NCBI GenBank assembly: GCA_046482545.1 | Contig: JAWOEX010000045.1 | Span: 20,069 to 84,068, forward strand | DNA: 64,000 bases | From: Candidatus Thorarchaeota archaeon | GTDB taxonomy: Archaea; Asgardarchaeota; Thorarchaeia; Thorarchaeales; Thorarchaeaceae | Direction: 5' to 3' | Part shown: positions 41,047 to 51,924 of the stretch, piece after piece | Layout of the letters: each line of letters opens with the position of its first letter | Numbering within the stretch: position 1 is the stretch's first letter | Notes under the pieces: model-generated | What the model was told of the DNA's origin: nothing | The model's database searches: none | The model's input: only the letters and a program-made list of their open reading frames with translations | Position numbers and translations under genes: made by a program

Positions 41047-42279
41047 ATGGCAAGCGATAAGGATATCGAGAAACGCGCAAAAACAGCCAAGGACAAACGA
41101 GCGAAATACGGGTCTGATTTAGAACTCAACGAGTACGAATTCGAAGATAGGGGGAAGAGCGAGCTTGAAAGTCTGGACGCTCTGTCTGAAAATGACCGTA
41201 GCTTGGTTCAAGAGGTTGGGTTCGATCCCTCCGAACGGCAAGTCTCTGGATCATACCTGCAGATGGACAACGAGAGCATTCTCGCTGACGTGATGATGGA
41301 CCAAGAAGGTCTCGAGCTTCTTCCCCTCTCAAAGGCATTGGAACGATATGATTGGTTGTCAGATTATCTGTGGAATCTTGTTGAGGTTGATGTTGACAAG
41401 TATACAGCAGAGAGTGCATTGAAATCGTACGATGGATATTTCATCCGGGCAGAACCTGGCGCCAGAATAAAGATGCCGGTTCAAACCTGTTTGGTCTTGA
41501 AACGAAACCGGTCTATACAGAATGTTCACAATATCATACTCGCTGAGGAAGGGTCCGAAATGCACATCGTGACTGGATGTGCCACACCAACGAACACAGA
41601 ACGCTCACTACACCTCGGTATATCCGAGTTCTATGTGAAAAAAGACGCCAAGCTTAGCTTTACCATGGTGCACAAATGGAGCGAGCAGACTGATGTTCGA
41701 CCTCGCTCTGCGGCTCTGGTAGAGAAATATGGAGTGTTCCTTTCGAATTATGCGATTCTCAGCCCCCTCAAATCAATTCAGACATTTCCGAAGGTACGAT
41801 TGGCTGGAATCCATGCCAAGGCTGATTTGAACTCCGTTGTATACGGGACAAAGGCTTCGCACTACGATGTTGGAGGGGCCCTGAGCCTTGAAGCACCGAG
41901 GGCAAACGGAAAGGTCCTTTCTCGGTCCATTGCAACTGAACAGTCTCATATTACTGCTAGAGGTGATTTGATTGGTTTATCGGAAGGAACGAAGGCGCGC
42001 CTAGAATGTGATGGATTACTCCTGAGTGATGAAGCTTCCATTACAGCTGTTCCTCAGTTGCAGGCACGCGCCGAAGGTTCTGAACTCAGCCATGAAGCAA
42101 CAGTTGGCAAAGTAGGTGAAGAACAACTCAGTTACCTCATGAGCAGGGGGCTCGACGAAGAAACCGCCACTTCTCTCATAGTAAGCGGCTTTGTTCATCT
42201 GGACATCCCAGATCTTCCCGATGAACTCCAAGCATCTATAGACCAAGCGGTTGAAATGAGTCTCAAGGGCGGCATGTAA
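41047..42279 (+). CDS. sufB: Fe-S assembly scaffold SufB/SufD family
   Basis: QNVHNII, TGC, GISEFYV, ECDGLLL, LSHEATVG, YLMSRGL. Confidence 0.9.
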   Translation: MASDKDIEKRAKTAKDKRAKYGSDLELNEYEFEDRGKSELESLDALSENDRSLVQEVGFDPSERQVSGSYLQMDNESILADVMMDQEGLELLPLSKALERYDWLSDYLWNLVEVDVDKYTAESALKSYDGYFIRAEPGARIKMPVQTCLVLKRNRSIQNVHNIILAEEGSEMHIVTGCATPTNTERSLHLGISEFYVKKDAKLSFTMVHKWSEQTDVRPRSAALVEKYGVFLSNYAILSPLKSIQTFPKVRLAGIHAKADLNSVVYGTKASHYDVGGALSLEAPRANGKVLSRSIATEQSHITARGDLIGLSEGTKARLECDGLLLSDEASITAVPQLQARAEGSELSHEATVGKVGEEQLSYLMSRGLDEETATSLIVSGFVHLDIPDLPDELQASIDQAVEMSLKGGM

Positions 42280-42364
42280 TCGAGTCGGTGAGTAGTGTGT
42301 GGATCCAGCCGTCCAAATGGAGACCCTACAGTATTAGGTAGATTGTCCCCTCAAATCATCGGCT

Positions 42365-43456
42365 TCATTGATTGAGTAGATTAGCATAGATGTCTTCAAG
42401 CAATCTGACCTGTGTTGTCCATGAATACTTACTCTCTATTTTCTGCCTACATTTTACTCCCATTGAGCGGCGAAGGGCTTCATCCTCGCCAAGCATCTTC
42501 ATCGCATTGTATATTGCGTCATCGTCATCTGGCTCAACAAGTATGCCTTCTTCAGAAGACAGAAGATTAGCTGTCTCCCCAATCTTCGTAGTGATGACAG
42601 GTAGTCCGCAGCTCATGGCCTCCATTACACTTAGTCCCAGCCCACCGATACTCTGCGGCAGAACAAAGACATCTGCATTCTGAAGCACTTTTGGTACCTT
42701 CGAGTGGTCTATCTGACCTAACCAACGGACAGAATCCCCGTCATATGATTTCTGAAAGATATGCTTCAGAATACCCTCTCCGACAAGAGTAAGCCGGGAA
42801 TATGGATTATACTTGTGGTATTTCCTGAAGGCTTTCAGCAAGACATGAATTCCTTTCTCGACGCTTAGTCGCCCTACATATACAAACTCCACCCTTTCAT
42901 TCGGCTTGGAATTGGTGTTTGGTATGAATAGTCTTGTATCTACTCCATTGGGAACCACAGTAAGTTTTTCCTCGCTCACTCCTAAACGGGTGAATATCGA
43001 TTTCTGAGATGGGTCTACCAATACCACTCTATCATACACTTTGCAAGCCATTACAGAAACCTTCCATGCAAATTCAAAGAAGGTTCTGATTAGAGGATTA
43101 CCATCCGCATAAGCTAGGTGAAATGTAACAACTATAGGGGGCAAAAAATGCTTGAAGATTGGTAGCAGGAACTCGGTGGTACTGGAGTTCATCTGAATGT
43201 GGAGTACATCTATCTCGTTTCTCTTGCATTCATCTGCAATCATCTTGCCCACTCTAGGAGAATCCAACCAGAAATGGGGATTCACTTGAACTGCAGGAAA
43301 AGTATGGACATGAGAATCGGGAAGATTGGGGACATCTGTTACTTGAGTGAACGCATGAACCTCGTGACCTAGGGTCACTAAACCATTCAGCACATGCTGA
43401 GATCGAACACACAGGCCATCTGCTGCGCCAAACTTACTGATAAGGCCGATTTTCAC
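42365..43456 (-). CDS. GT4 glycosyltransferase
   Basis: VPNGVD, YVGRLSVEKG, MEAMSCGLPVI. Confidence 0.9.
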   Translation of the reverse strand: MKIGLISKFGAADGLCVRSQHVLNGLVTLGHEVHAFTQVTDVPNLPDSHVHTFPAVQVNPHFWLDSPRVGKMIADECKRNEIDVLHIQMNSSTTEFLLPIFKHFLPPIVVTFHLAYADGNPLIRTFFEFAWKVSVMACKVYDRVVLVDPSQKSIFTRLGVSEEKLTVVPNGVDTRLFIPNTNSKPNERVEFVYVGRLSVEKGIHVLLKAFRKYHKYNPYSRLTLVGEGILKHIFQKSYDGDSVRWLGQIDHSKVPKVLQNADVFVLPQSIGGLGLSVMEAMSCGLPVITTKIGETANLLSSEEGILVEPDDDDAIYNAMKMLGEDEALRRSMGVKCRQKIESKYSWTTQVRLLEDIYANLLNQ

Positions 43457-43559
43457 GCTTCACCCACTCCATAACGGCTATTCGATAGCCTTGTGAGATT
43501 CTGAATCCTAGAGGAACTTTCCCGCTTTTATCCTCTTTCCTCAAACATCTCTAGTTTTC

Positions 43560-44213
43560 CTATTTGTCGGGATAGGGGCACAGTTCATTGACCGGACACT
43601 CAGAGCATTTTGGATTTCGTGATTTGCAGATTTGTCTGCCATGAGCCCCTATGACCCGAGCATACTCATCCCACATCTCTTGGGGCAATAAGTCCATGAG
43701 GTCCTTTTCTATCTTGTCACGTTTCTTCTCGTTCGTTAGCCCCAAGCGCTTCGTAACTCGCATAACGTGCGTATCCACCACAACGCCCTCCCTCTTATCA
43801 AACGCTGTACTCAAAATGACATTGGCCGTCTTCCTGCTTGCTCCCTTTAACTTAGTTAGATCTTTCATATTGGAGGGAACTTCCCCGTCAAATTCCTCGA
43901 CTATAGTTCTTGCAGACTCACGAATATAGTCTGATTTCCTGTTGTAGAGCCCTACTGACCGAATTATATCTTTTAGCTCTTCAATATCGGCATCCTTCAT
44001 AGTCTCTGGATTAGGATATTTCTCAAACAAATCAGGGGTTACATTGTTGACTGATACATCTGTTGTGTTAGCCGAAAGGATAGTGGCTATAGTAAGCTCG
44101 AAGGGGGTGCTCCAATCAAGATATGTCTTTGGCGCATCTGGATAGGTTTCCTGAAGGATTTCGATTATCTGCGCCGCTCGATTTTTTTCATCCTTCAATG
44201 GTCGTCTCTCCAT
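43560..44213 (-). CDS. nth: Endonuclease III
   Basis: ATILSA.TTD..VN, L..LKG..RKTANV HhH, VDTHV, C-x6-C-x2-C-x5-C 4Fe-4S. Confidence 0.95.
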   Translation of the reverse strand: MERRPLKDEKNRAAQIIEILQETYPDAPKTYLDWSTPFELTIATILSANTTDVSVNNVTPDLFEKYPNPETMKDADIEELKDIIRSVGLYNRKSDYIRESARTIVEEFDGEVPSNMKDLTKLKGASRKTANVILSTAFDKREGVVVDTHVMRVTKRLGLTNEKKRDKIEKDLMDLLPQEMWDEYARVIGAHGRQICKSRNPKCSECPVNELCPYPDK

Positions 44214-44262
44214 GACCGGTTGTGAAGGAGCTGTATATAATCTGACTGTTGCCAATCGCCTG

Positions 44263-45630
44263 TTACATGGATGCCGTCTTGCCCCCATTGTGCTGCACTA
44301 ATAATCCATTTTTGGCAATTGAAGCAAGAATTCCTACATTCAGAACTAAGATGACAAGGAACAAAACCGTCGGATGAAGAAAAGCAAAAAGTAATCCTCC
44401 AATGAATGGCCCAACAGAATTGCTCACATAAACTATTGTCCAGAAGACGCCTAGTACCTTCGATGTATCTTGACGCGGCATCATTTTCTGGATAATTGTT
44501 ATAAGCATGAGTCCCCAAACAGCGTCGCTCACATACTTGAGTACAACAGCAAGAAACGGCGTACTAAACACAACTTCGAACACAGGAAGAAATGATGAGA
44601 CAGATGAAATGATGCTGGCTGGAGCCCAATAGGGAACCACTGCAGCAAGCAAGAGTAGTATCACTGAAATAGGCATGAGTGAATAGACTGCAAGAGTGGC
44701 CTTCCTAAGTGATTGGTCAGCAATCCTCCCCATTTTAAGCAACAAGGGCACGCTGACAAGAAGCTGGACCATAATGATGATGCTGATACCTTGTATGGAG
44801 ACACCCAACCATTCATTGGTGTATATCAATGCACCAAAGCTGAAGAGTGAATCGCTGAAAGAATCGAGGATTGCAATAATAAGTACAGCTGGAAGGGCCG
44901 TAACAACGAGTTTTATTGCACGCTTATTGTCTGTGATAAACCCGTCCAACAAGGACTTCTTTCGGTTTCTTCGATTGTGGGTACTGCTCTCTAGGTATTT
45001 TGCTCGTACTATAGCTGAGATAAGCAATCCAATCCCTGCTACAGCAAACAAAGCTCTCATACTACTACCAAAACCAAACTGAGAAACCAAGAATGCGAGG
45101 ATAATGAGGGTTCCAACGCCAACTGCCTGTAACGCTGTGAAAAGCGATAATGCCAATCCGCTATCCTCTTCAGGAATATTGTCCATGATAAAGGCGGATG
45201 ATCCACCCTTAGCTACTGTTGAAAGCGAATAGATTAGTAATGCAAAAAACACCACAACGAACTCTGTAGAGACACCAAGCAAAAAGTAGTACACAGAGAA
45301 CATAAGAGCTGCAATAACTGCTAGGTTTTTTCGATTGACCACATCTCCTACATAACCACCGAAGAATTTGGATGCCGCCGACACCGAGGATGTAATAGTT
45401 ATGATGAATCCAAGGAGAACGAAACTCCAACCGATTTCCCTAAGATATAAGTTTGTAAAATTGCCAAGGATACTGAACGCCGAGAAGACTGTGTAAGTGG
45501 CCAGATAAACCCGATAGTTTTTCCACCTGAAGATATTACGCAACGATTGTCTGATGCCATAATCGCTCTCTATATCATTTCCTTTCTCTCTATGTGCAGT
45601 ATCAGCCCAGTCCTGCCCCTCTTCAGTCAC
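44263..45630 (-). CDS. MFS transporter
   Basis: GGYVGDVVNRK motif A; 12 TM. Confidence 0.85.
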   Translation of the reverse strand: MTEEGQDWADTAHREKGNDIESDYGIRQSLRNIFRWKNYRVYLATYTVFSAFSILGNFTNLYLREIGWSFVLLGFIITITSSVSAASKFFGGYVGDVVNRKNLAVIAALMFSVYYFLLGVSTEFVVVFFALLIYSLSTVAKGGSSAFIMDNIPEEDSGLALSLFTALQAVGVGTLIILAFLVSQFGFGSSMRALFAVAGIGLLISAIVRAKYLESSTHNRRNRKKSLLDGFITDNKRAIKLVVTALPAVLIIAILDSFSDSLFSFGALIYTNEWLGVSIQGISIIIMVQLLVSVPLLLKMGRIADQSLRKATLAVYSLMPISVILLLLAAVVPYWAPASIISSVSSFLPVFEVVFSTPFLAVVLKYVSDAVWGLMLITIIQKMMPRQDTSKVLGVFWTIVYVSNSVGPFIGGLLFAFLHPTVLFLVILVLNVGILASIAKNGLLVQHNGGKTASM

Positions 45631-45664
45631 TCTATTTTCCTGCCTTTGCTTAAGCTAGCTCTTT

Positions 45665-46153
45665 ATAACCTATTTCTTAGAATTGTCTCAAGTGCTTGTA
45701 ACTCCTGCGTTCCACCTTTCCCTTGGCCAATGTTACCGTCAAACCGAGATGCTGCCCCTGGTCGAACAAGGGCTTTCTGCACGTTCATCGGGATGGTATC
45801 CCTTCTGCGGTTTTGCTTTCCTTTCCCAATCATCATCCCAGTTCATTACACCCGGGGACAGATAGCTCTTCCACAGTTCTTACCACCATGAGGTCATGAT
45901 TTCCTCTCAGATTTGTCACCGCTGTCGAGAAGATTCATCTCGACATGGTGAACAGCCGTGGACTCTCCAGAGCTCGATGAAACTCTTTCCTCGGAGAGTA
46001 AGGACTTCTGCCTAACGGAACGAGTCTATCTCACAATCTTCGGGGCTGAGCTCTTCTCCCGCTAGGGAGTGGCCCACCGCCCTAGTCCCACTGAGAAGAT
46101 GTTCCATATTGGACGTAATAAAGCCCCCTGTCGTTGGGGATAAGAGATAGGAT
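45665..46153 (-). ncRNA. Full-length copy (B) of the ~490-nt structured RNA-like element
   Basis: Reverse complement aligns end to end with 58740-59233 (GACTCGTTCC..GCAGAAGTCC, TGGAGAGTCC.CGGCTGTTC, AAAGCCCTTG, GGTGGAACGCAG, TAAGAAA..GGTTAT) with compensatory changes. Confidence 0.85.
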
Positions 46154-46375
46154 GTTCAAGAGAACTATCTTGAAACCCGTCTCTTGGTTTAGAGGAAATT
46201 TTGCAGAACTCCCATACACCGATATAACGACAACTCATGAATCTGCAGGATTTCCATTACTTTTCATTTTGATATTTGAACACCCTAGTCTCATATATTG
46301 GCATATAGTCTCTGGTTTGTATGGGAGGGTTAGAGCCCCCGTGACATTCCGTGTTTAGTATTGTCTTGTATCTTC

Positions 46376-46630
46376 TCACAGCTCAAAAACTTGCACCTTA
46401 ACACTCTCTTCGGTTGTTGGTCTTGCCACCAACCGATAGCTGCAGATATCTGCTGTAAGAACCAAGCACTCTAGTGCACTTCCGGAATTCATCAGATTTT
46501 TCACAGCGAGTTCCAGATTGAGTGCAACCAGTCTGACGGGTTCAGGGTCAGTAAATGGATTAACCTCTCTACCTTCCTCTGGGGCCAGATCGTCTCTGAA
46601 TGTGATTTCTGCATTTTCTGTTCTTAACAT
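46376..46630 (-). CDS. Small hypothetical protein
   Basis: 84-aa ATG ORF upstream of element copy B. Confidence 0.45.
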   Translation of the reverse strand: MLRTENAEITFRDDLAPEEGREVNPFTDPEPVRLVALNLELAVKNLMNSGSALECLVLTADICSYRLVARPTTEESVKVQVFEL

Positions 46631-47288
46631 TGTTTTCTTTCTCCGTTGTTCTGCGGGTGTACCGCTGTTTCTGTCTTACCATGGTGTTGGGTCAGGATTT
46701 CCTGGATCCGTCACATTATTCTCCTCCTTCTTTGAAATCTGCCGCATGACAATCTCAACTCTGAAGTTGAGTGCTCAGTTTGAACATCTCCTATTCATAC
46801 GTGGTACCAACTGCCGTTTGAGTTGCAGAAGTTAGAATGGCGTTGGGTCCTCACACGGTGGTTGAACCACTGTGGAAATGTCACAAATACCGATGGACAG
46901 AAGTTCGAGAGCCGTACGATTTGTGGTCATGTTCTCGTACACTGTCCGCATCGATTCTGACGAAATTTATTGCACCTCCTTCGTCTCCGATTGTCATACT
47001 TAGCTGCATTGGATAGCATTCACAACACCTATTGCCGGCCACAACGACCGCCATCTGTAGATGATGGCCCACTGTGTGAGGACTGCCTCAATGCAACTCA
47101 AGAGAATAAGCTAGCATAGATACATATTAAATAACTCAACTTGTTTGAACCCCTTTCTGTCCCCTCTAGACACGTTTTCTTGCCCTTTGAATGGCGATAA
47201 ATCCAAATGCTGAAATGAGGTTTACAAAACGGACAGTTTATTCCTCTTCCTCTAAACAGTCGGACACCATCCTAACAGGTGATAAAGG

Positions 47289-48353
47289 TTGAGAACTCTG
47301 GGACCAGCTGAACAGACATTATTGAATCGGCTTGCAATTGATCCCCATCTACGGCAAGCAGAGCTGGCGAATGAGCTTGGTGTTACACGATCCGCTGTTA
47401 ACCAAGTTTGGAACAGATTAGAGGCTGAATTCCAGCTACGTGTTCGTGGGAATGTGGATTACGGAAAGCTTGGGCTTCATTACATCTTCGGCTGGGCACA
47501 ATCAACTCAAGAGGACGAGAACATGGATAAATTCTGGAGTTGGCTACAAGCCTATCCTTTCACTATTTTAGCTAAAGAATCAGCCATGACCTCAACTATG
47601 GACAAACGGGTCTATTATGAGATTCTTCTTCCAACAGGTGACAGTCACCATTGGTTTGTAAACCAGCTCCGCAGATTTCAAAAAGAACCTTACAATCTCA
47701 CCTTATTCACGGAAAATGTTGATTATACCTCAAATCATCTGAATATTGGGCTTTTTGATGGAACAAATTGGGATTTCAATTACGATTTCCGTATAGAAGC
47801 AAGCATGGATGTCGCTAAGGATTTCGCTGATGTGCTTCCTATTACTGCCCAAACAAAGCAGAGCACCGTATCCGACTTGGATTGGAATCACATACCGGCC
47901 GCAAGACAAGTAGAATCTCACTACTATGCAACTTCAACCTCGTTGGCACAGAAGCTGGAACAGCTTGACCTGCCGGTTCCTAGTGAAAGAACCCTGCGGA
48001 GGCGATTAGCTTACGTTCGGGATAACATAGCAGAACCATATATCACTCTAAGCAATATTGGCATTGAACAGGAGGTTGTTGTTTGTGTTAGAGAATTTCC
48101 TTCGCGTCTAAGCTTCTCTCGTCTACTCCAAGCTCAAGGTCGAACGTTTCCTAGAACAAGGGTAGTCTCTGGGAGTCAGTTGGATGTGATTCACATCGGA
48201 ATACCAAAACATGTTGACTGGGTGTCGCTATCAGCATCAATCACCGCTCTGAGTAGCGGTGCAGCTGAAATATGTACATTCATAACGGACTGTGTGGAAT
48301 CAAAGAATGTGTTAGAGACAATCCTGTCCAAAAAAGGGGTAGGCAATTCCTAG
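47289..48353 (+). CDS. Lrp/AsnC-like multi-domain HTH protein
   Basis: N-terminal QAELANELGVTRSAV HTH, VDYGKLGL linker, second HTH-like SERTLRRRL. Confidence 0.65.
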   Translation: MRTLGPAEQTLLNRLAIDPHLRQAELANELGVTRSAVNQVWNRLEAEFQLRVRGNVDYGKLGLHYIFGWAQSTQEDENMDKFWSWLQAYPFTILAKESAMTSTMDKRVYYEILLPTGDSHHWFVNQLRRFQKEPYNLTLFTENVDYTSNHLNIGLFDGTNWDFNYDFRIEASMDVAKDFADVLPITAQTKQSTVSDLDWNHIPAARQVESHYYATSTSLAQKLEQLDLPVPSERTLRRRLAYVRDNIAEPYITLSNIGIEQEVVVCVREFPSRLSFSRLLQAQGRTFPRTRVVSGSQLDVIHIGIPKHVDWVSLSASITALSSGAAEICTFITDCVESKNVLETILSKKGVGNS

Positions 48354-48365
48354 AAAAATCGCTTC

Positions 48366-49838
48366 TTGGCTGTGACATGGATGAATCAGTCTCGCTCTGG
48401 TCAAAGGAAGGAGAACAACGAATTGGATTCGGGGAATACCATGTTGTCAAGTATAGAGACACCCTATGACGACGTGATGCCTTCTGTAGACGAATCGTCA
48501 GCCAAATTCTATATCGAGGCAATTCGTGTTTATCTGGGAATTTGTGCTGGAACAGTCAGCTTCGAGCAAGCTCTCAGAGCTGTTGAGGAACTGAAGCAGA
48601 ATTCAGAATTTGCCAAATATCCCATAGATCCAACTGTTCTTCCTGTAAACGATGATCTCAAGGATAAGCTATTAGAGAACCTTAGAACCGCACGCAAATA
48701 CAAGCTCTGTACAGCTGAATCAATCAAATCCGCATATAGCTTTGCGGTTCTAAACCAAGATGCCCCAGCTAGCACTAGAGATGTGCAAGTTTTGCGTTAT
48801 TTCGCATCAGCACCAACAGATACTCTTGTGGAATGTTCTGATGCGTTGGGCTTTACTCCACGAACAGTATCTCGTTCTCTTAAGCGGCTCCGCGAAAGAA
48901 ATTCTGTACGATTTGGTTGCCTTATTGACCAATCTGCCTTTGGTGTCATTTCCGCTATTGTGTTTTTCAAATTATCAGACGACATCGAATGGGAGTACGT
49001 TCAAACGGCTATCTCGGAGTTTCCATTTACAAAAGCTCTATTGAAGACTAGCATATCACCTTTTGGATACTTTTCACTTCTCTTTCCAAATAGTGAAAGG
49101 AACAGATTGGTTCTCAGATCCAGCCTTGAGGAGCTTTCGGGAAGGGTTTTCACTTACACAAGCTACCACGAACAACAGGCTAGCGGTGCTGTGGTGAATC
49201 TTTCTTTGTTCTCTAATAACAAATGGCAATTTACTAACAAATTCCAGAAGAAGCTTGAAAAAGGAAGTGAGAGCGATTCGCCCCCTATATTGCTCGGAAA
49301 TAGGGGCGAAATGATTAATTTTAGGCCGAGAGATTATGCTGTTCTTTCGCAGTTTACAGCTGATGTACGTGCATCCCCGAGCGAGGTGAACACTCGCCTA
49401 CGAAGTATAGGCTGGGACCTGAATTCACGACAAGTTAGCCATATCTATCGGCGAATGCGTGATGAGGATGTCTTTCTTCCCTATGTAACCATTGGTGGTA
49501 TGGGCCTCTCAGCAAGCTTCTGTTTTGAAATCTTATGCACACCAGACTGGAGGAAACCGATTATATCTGCTGTTGCAGAACTCCCTCAATCAATGTACTA
49601 CCTATCTGATAAGGGTGTAATAGTATGGATAAGAACACCTCCCAACCATCAAGTGGAATACTATCAAGTGTTCCGGTCTCTTGAACAGCATTCAGGTGTC
49701 AAGTCAGTTGAATCGATAATGACCATCTCTTTGAAAGGGTCACGATCCATGTATGATATCGCTGGCAAATGGGACTATGTCAACGGCAATTGGCAGGTAC
49801 CTTCCCATGTTCTTGATTTGTCCGGCTATTTCTTCTAG
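48366..49838 (+). CDS. Lrp/AsnC-like multi-domain HTH protein
   Basis: CSDALGFTPRTVSRSLKRL HTH plus RAM-like segments, repeated; operonic with the previous gene. Confidence 0.65.
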   Translation: MAVTWMNQSRSGQRKENNELDSGNTMLSSIETPYDDVMPSVDESSAKFYIEAIRVYLGICAGTVSFEQALRAVEELKQNSEFAKYPIDPTVLPVNDDLKDKLLENLRTARKYKLCTAESIKSAYSFAVLNQDAPASTRDVQVLRYFASAPTDTLVECSDALGFTPRTVSRSLKRLRERNSVRFGCLIDQSAFGVISAIVFFKLSDDIEWEYVQTAISEFPFTKALLKTSISPFGYFSLLFPNSERNRLVLRSSLEELSGRVFTYTSYHEQQASGAVVNLSLFSNNKWQFTNKFQKKLEKGSESDSPPILLGNRGEMINFRPRDYAVLSQFTADVRASPSEVNTRLRSIGWDLNSRQVSHIYRRMRDEDVFLPYVTIGGMGLSASFCFEILCTPDWRKPIISAVAELPQSMYYLSDKGVIVWIRTPPNHQVEYYQVFRSLEQHSGVKSVESIMTISLKGSRSMYDIAGKWDYVNGNWQVPSHVLDLSGYFF

Positions 49839-49856
49839 TTTGAAGAGTGAGCCCGC

Positions 49857-50774
49857 TCATGGTTTCATCTCGTTCAATGCACAAAGCAGCTGTTTGACAT
49901 TACTCTTCTCTTTGCCTACTGGAGGGCCAAAAACAACCATGTCTGTACCGATAGATTCTATTTGTTTCAGGTACTCTTGCACCCCCACCTCTGTTGTGCA
50001 TAGAGAGAATTTCTGCAGCGATTCTTGGCTTATCGCTTCTAACACTTCTCGGTCAATATACCCCTTATCTCTATGCAACTGCTTTGCATCTGAAAGACTT
50101 TCGTCAATTGATAGTTCTTTTATGGCAGACTGACTCAACCCTAAGATGACCATGGCGGCTGCCCGCTTGACTTCGTAAGAGAACTCACATTCATTGTTCT
50201 GCGTTATGTGCGTGGGAGGGAAAACGCTCACAATGAATTCTGAACTGACGTTATCGAGTCTATTTAGTGCCCACTTGATATGCTCCATAGAGGAGTAATT
50301 CAGGATAACTCCATCTGTTTTCATTGATTCAGCAATCATTTTCGGGCCCTGTGCTGCCATGAATACCCTACAATCGAAACCTTCTTCGGAAACATAGCTC
50401 TTGAGTTCAATTGCATCATCCACAAGACGGTTCACGAGAGTATCAATCTCTCCATAGTCAACCCCAACGTTCGCAAGTGCAAATCTGTCTCCTGGTCCAA
50501 TCAGTATATCAAACCGTTCTCCGTATCGCGAAATGAGTGATTGAATTGTTCGCTTGATTTGATCAAGAGGATGTAGTAGCGGACTGAGTAATCCCATACC
50601 AAAACGCATGCTCTGCGTTTCTTTGGCTAGAGCAGCAGCTACAATGGGTGCGTAGCGGGTAGCAGGATAGTCAGTCACCCAAATCTGATTGATGTTACTA
50701 CCCTTGCTGGCTTGGATGATTTCTCGTATTTCCTCGATGGATTCTCGTATGTTTACAGCTAATCCAAACTCCAC
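49857..50774 (-). CDS. LLM-class (Mer-like) F420/flavin oxidoreductase
   Basis: IWVTD, IGPGD, FMAAQGPKM...DGVILN, FGPP. Confidence 0.8.
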   Translation of the reverse strand: MEFGLAVNIRESIEEIREIIQASKGSNINQIWVTDYPATRYAPIVAAALAKETQSMRFGMGLLSPLLHPLDQIKRTIQSLISRYGERFDILIGPGDRFALANVGVDYGEIDTLVNRLVDDAIELKSYVSEEGFDCRVFMAAQGPKMIAESMKTDGVILNYSSMEHIKWALNRLDNVSSEFIVSVFPPTHITQNNECEFSYEVKRAAAMVILGLSQSAIKELSIDESLSDAKQLHRDKGYIDREVLEAISQESLQKFSLCTTEVGVQEYLKQIESIGTDMVVFGPPVGKEKSNVKQLLCALNEMKP

Positions 50775-51766
50775 TATCTCCCGCTCCTTTCTTTGATTAG
50801 ATCCATAACTGCTTTCATTCGCTTTCTCCAACCCCTTGAGTACGGTGGACCAAGGATGATATCTGTAGCTCCCATCTCACCGAGTGCATCAAACTGGTTC
50901 ACAATCTGCTCTGGGGTCCCTGAGATGGCAAAGGTATCAAGCATTTCCTCTTGTACATACTCAGCTCCTGCACTTGGGCCTTCTTTAGCAACCGTCTTTA
51001 TGACTTGGTCTAGCTTCTCTTCATCAATATCTAACATTTCTAGGACGAATGGAGGCATGTCAGAAGCCACAAGAGCTACTACGCGTTTAGCCAACTGGTT
51101 GGTACCCCGCCCCTCTTGTACGATTGTTGGCAGCCAGACTACCTTCTCCACATCCTTCGGGTCTCTTCCATGTTTCGATGCTGAATCATTGACAATCTGA
51201 AATGCTGCCCGCAGGTATTCAATTGGTCCGGAGAATATGACTCCATCTGCAATCCTTCCAGCAAGCTTAAGCATCTGTGGGCCTCTGACGCCCATGAACA
51301 CGGGAATAGTAGCTTGCTCGTCTATTCCAAGGCTATAACCTTCAAGATGAAATAGATGGCTGTCTATAGATGCACGTTCTCCCGACCAAAGCCTACGAAG
51401 GGTTTGGATTCCGCGTTCAAGTTCTGTGACGGGTTTCGTCACATTGATGTCCCGCCTTTTGAGATCCTGTAATCCGCCTATTCCCGTTCCAAAGACATAG
51501 CGCCCTTCTCCAAGCTCGTATAGTGTGAAGGCGGCACGTGCAATTGTACTGATATTATGAACGGTGATTGGAATGATGCCGTTGCTTACTCTAACACCTT
51601 TCGATTGCATGATAGTTGCTGCTGTCAGCACGAAAACATCCTGCCCGAGACCTATATCCTCCCCAATCCATATACCATCCAACCCTAATTCACGAGCATT
51701 ATCAGCTATCCAGTCAGTTGCAGATTTTTGCATATTTGTTGTCATACCCGCGCTTACTCTGTACAT
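50774..51766 (-). CDS. LLM-class (Mer-like) F420/flavin oxidoreductase
   Basis: IWIGED, GRYVFGTGIG, GVRGPQMLKLAGRIADG, ISGTPE, LGPP. Confidence 0.88.
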   Translation of the reverse strand: MYRVSAGMTTNMQKSATDWIADNARELGLDGIWIGEDIGLGQDVFVLTAATIMQSKGVRVSNGIIPITVHNISTIARAAFTLYELGEGRYVFGTGIGGLQDLKRRDINVTKPVTELERGIQTLRRLWSGERASIDSHLFHLEGYSLGIDEQATIPVFMGVRGPQMLKLAGRIADGVIFSGPIEYLRAAFQIVNDSASKHGRDPKDVEKVVWLPTIVQEGRGTNQLAKRVVALVASDMPPFVLEMLDIDEEKLDQVIKTVAKEGPSAGAEYVQEEMLDTFAISGTPEQIVNQFDALGEMGATDIILGPPYSRGWRKRMKAVMDLIKERSGR

Positions 51767-51924
51767 ATTTCATCTCTCATTGACAATCTGTTGCTTAGTC
51801 TCGGATACACTTGAAGGTGTGCGTACTACGCGGCGACAGTAACAGCACCTTGAAATACGCGTAGTGTGCGCATAAAATCGACACGGTCACTGGTTGTGAA
51901 TGATGCTCTCAGGAGAGACGATAA

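Noticed and set aside
45665-46153. Element as a group II or group I intron
   Set aside because: It ends in AT and has some domain-I-like purine motifs, but I found no GTGCG start, no domain V (AGC triad hairpin), no P7/terminal G and no RT ORF.
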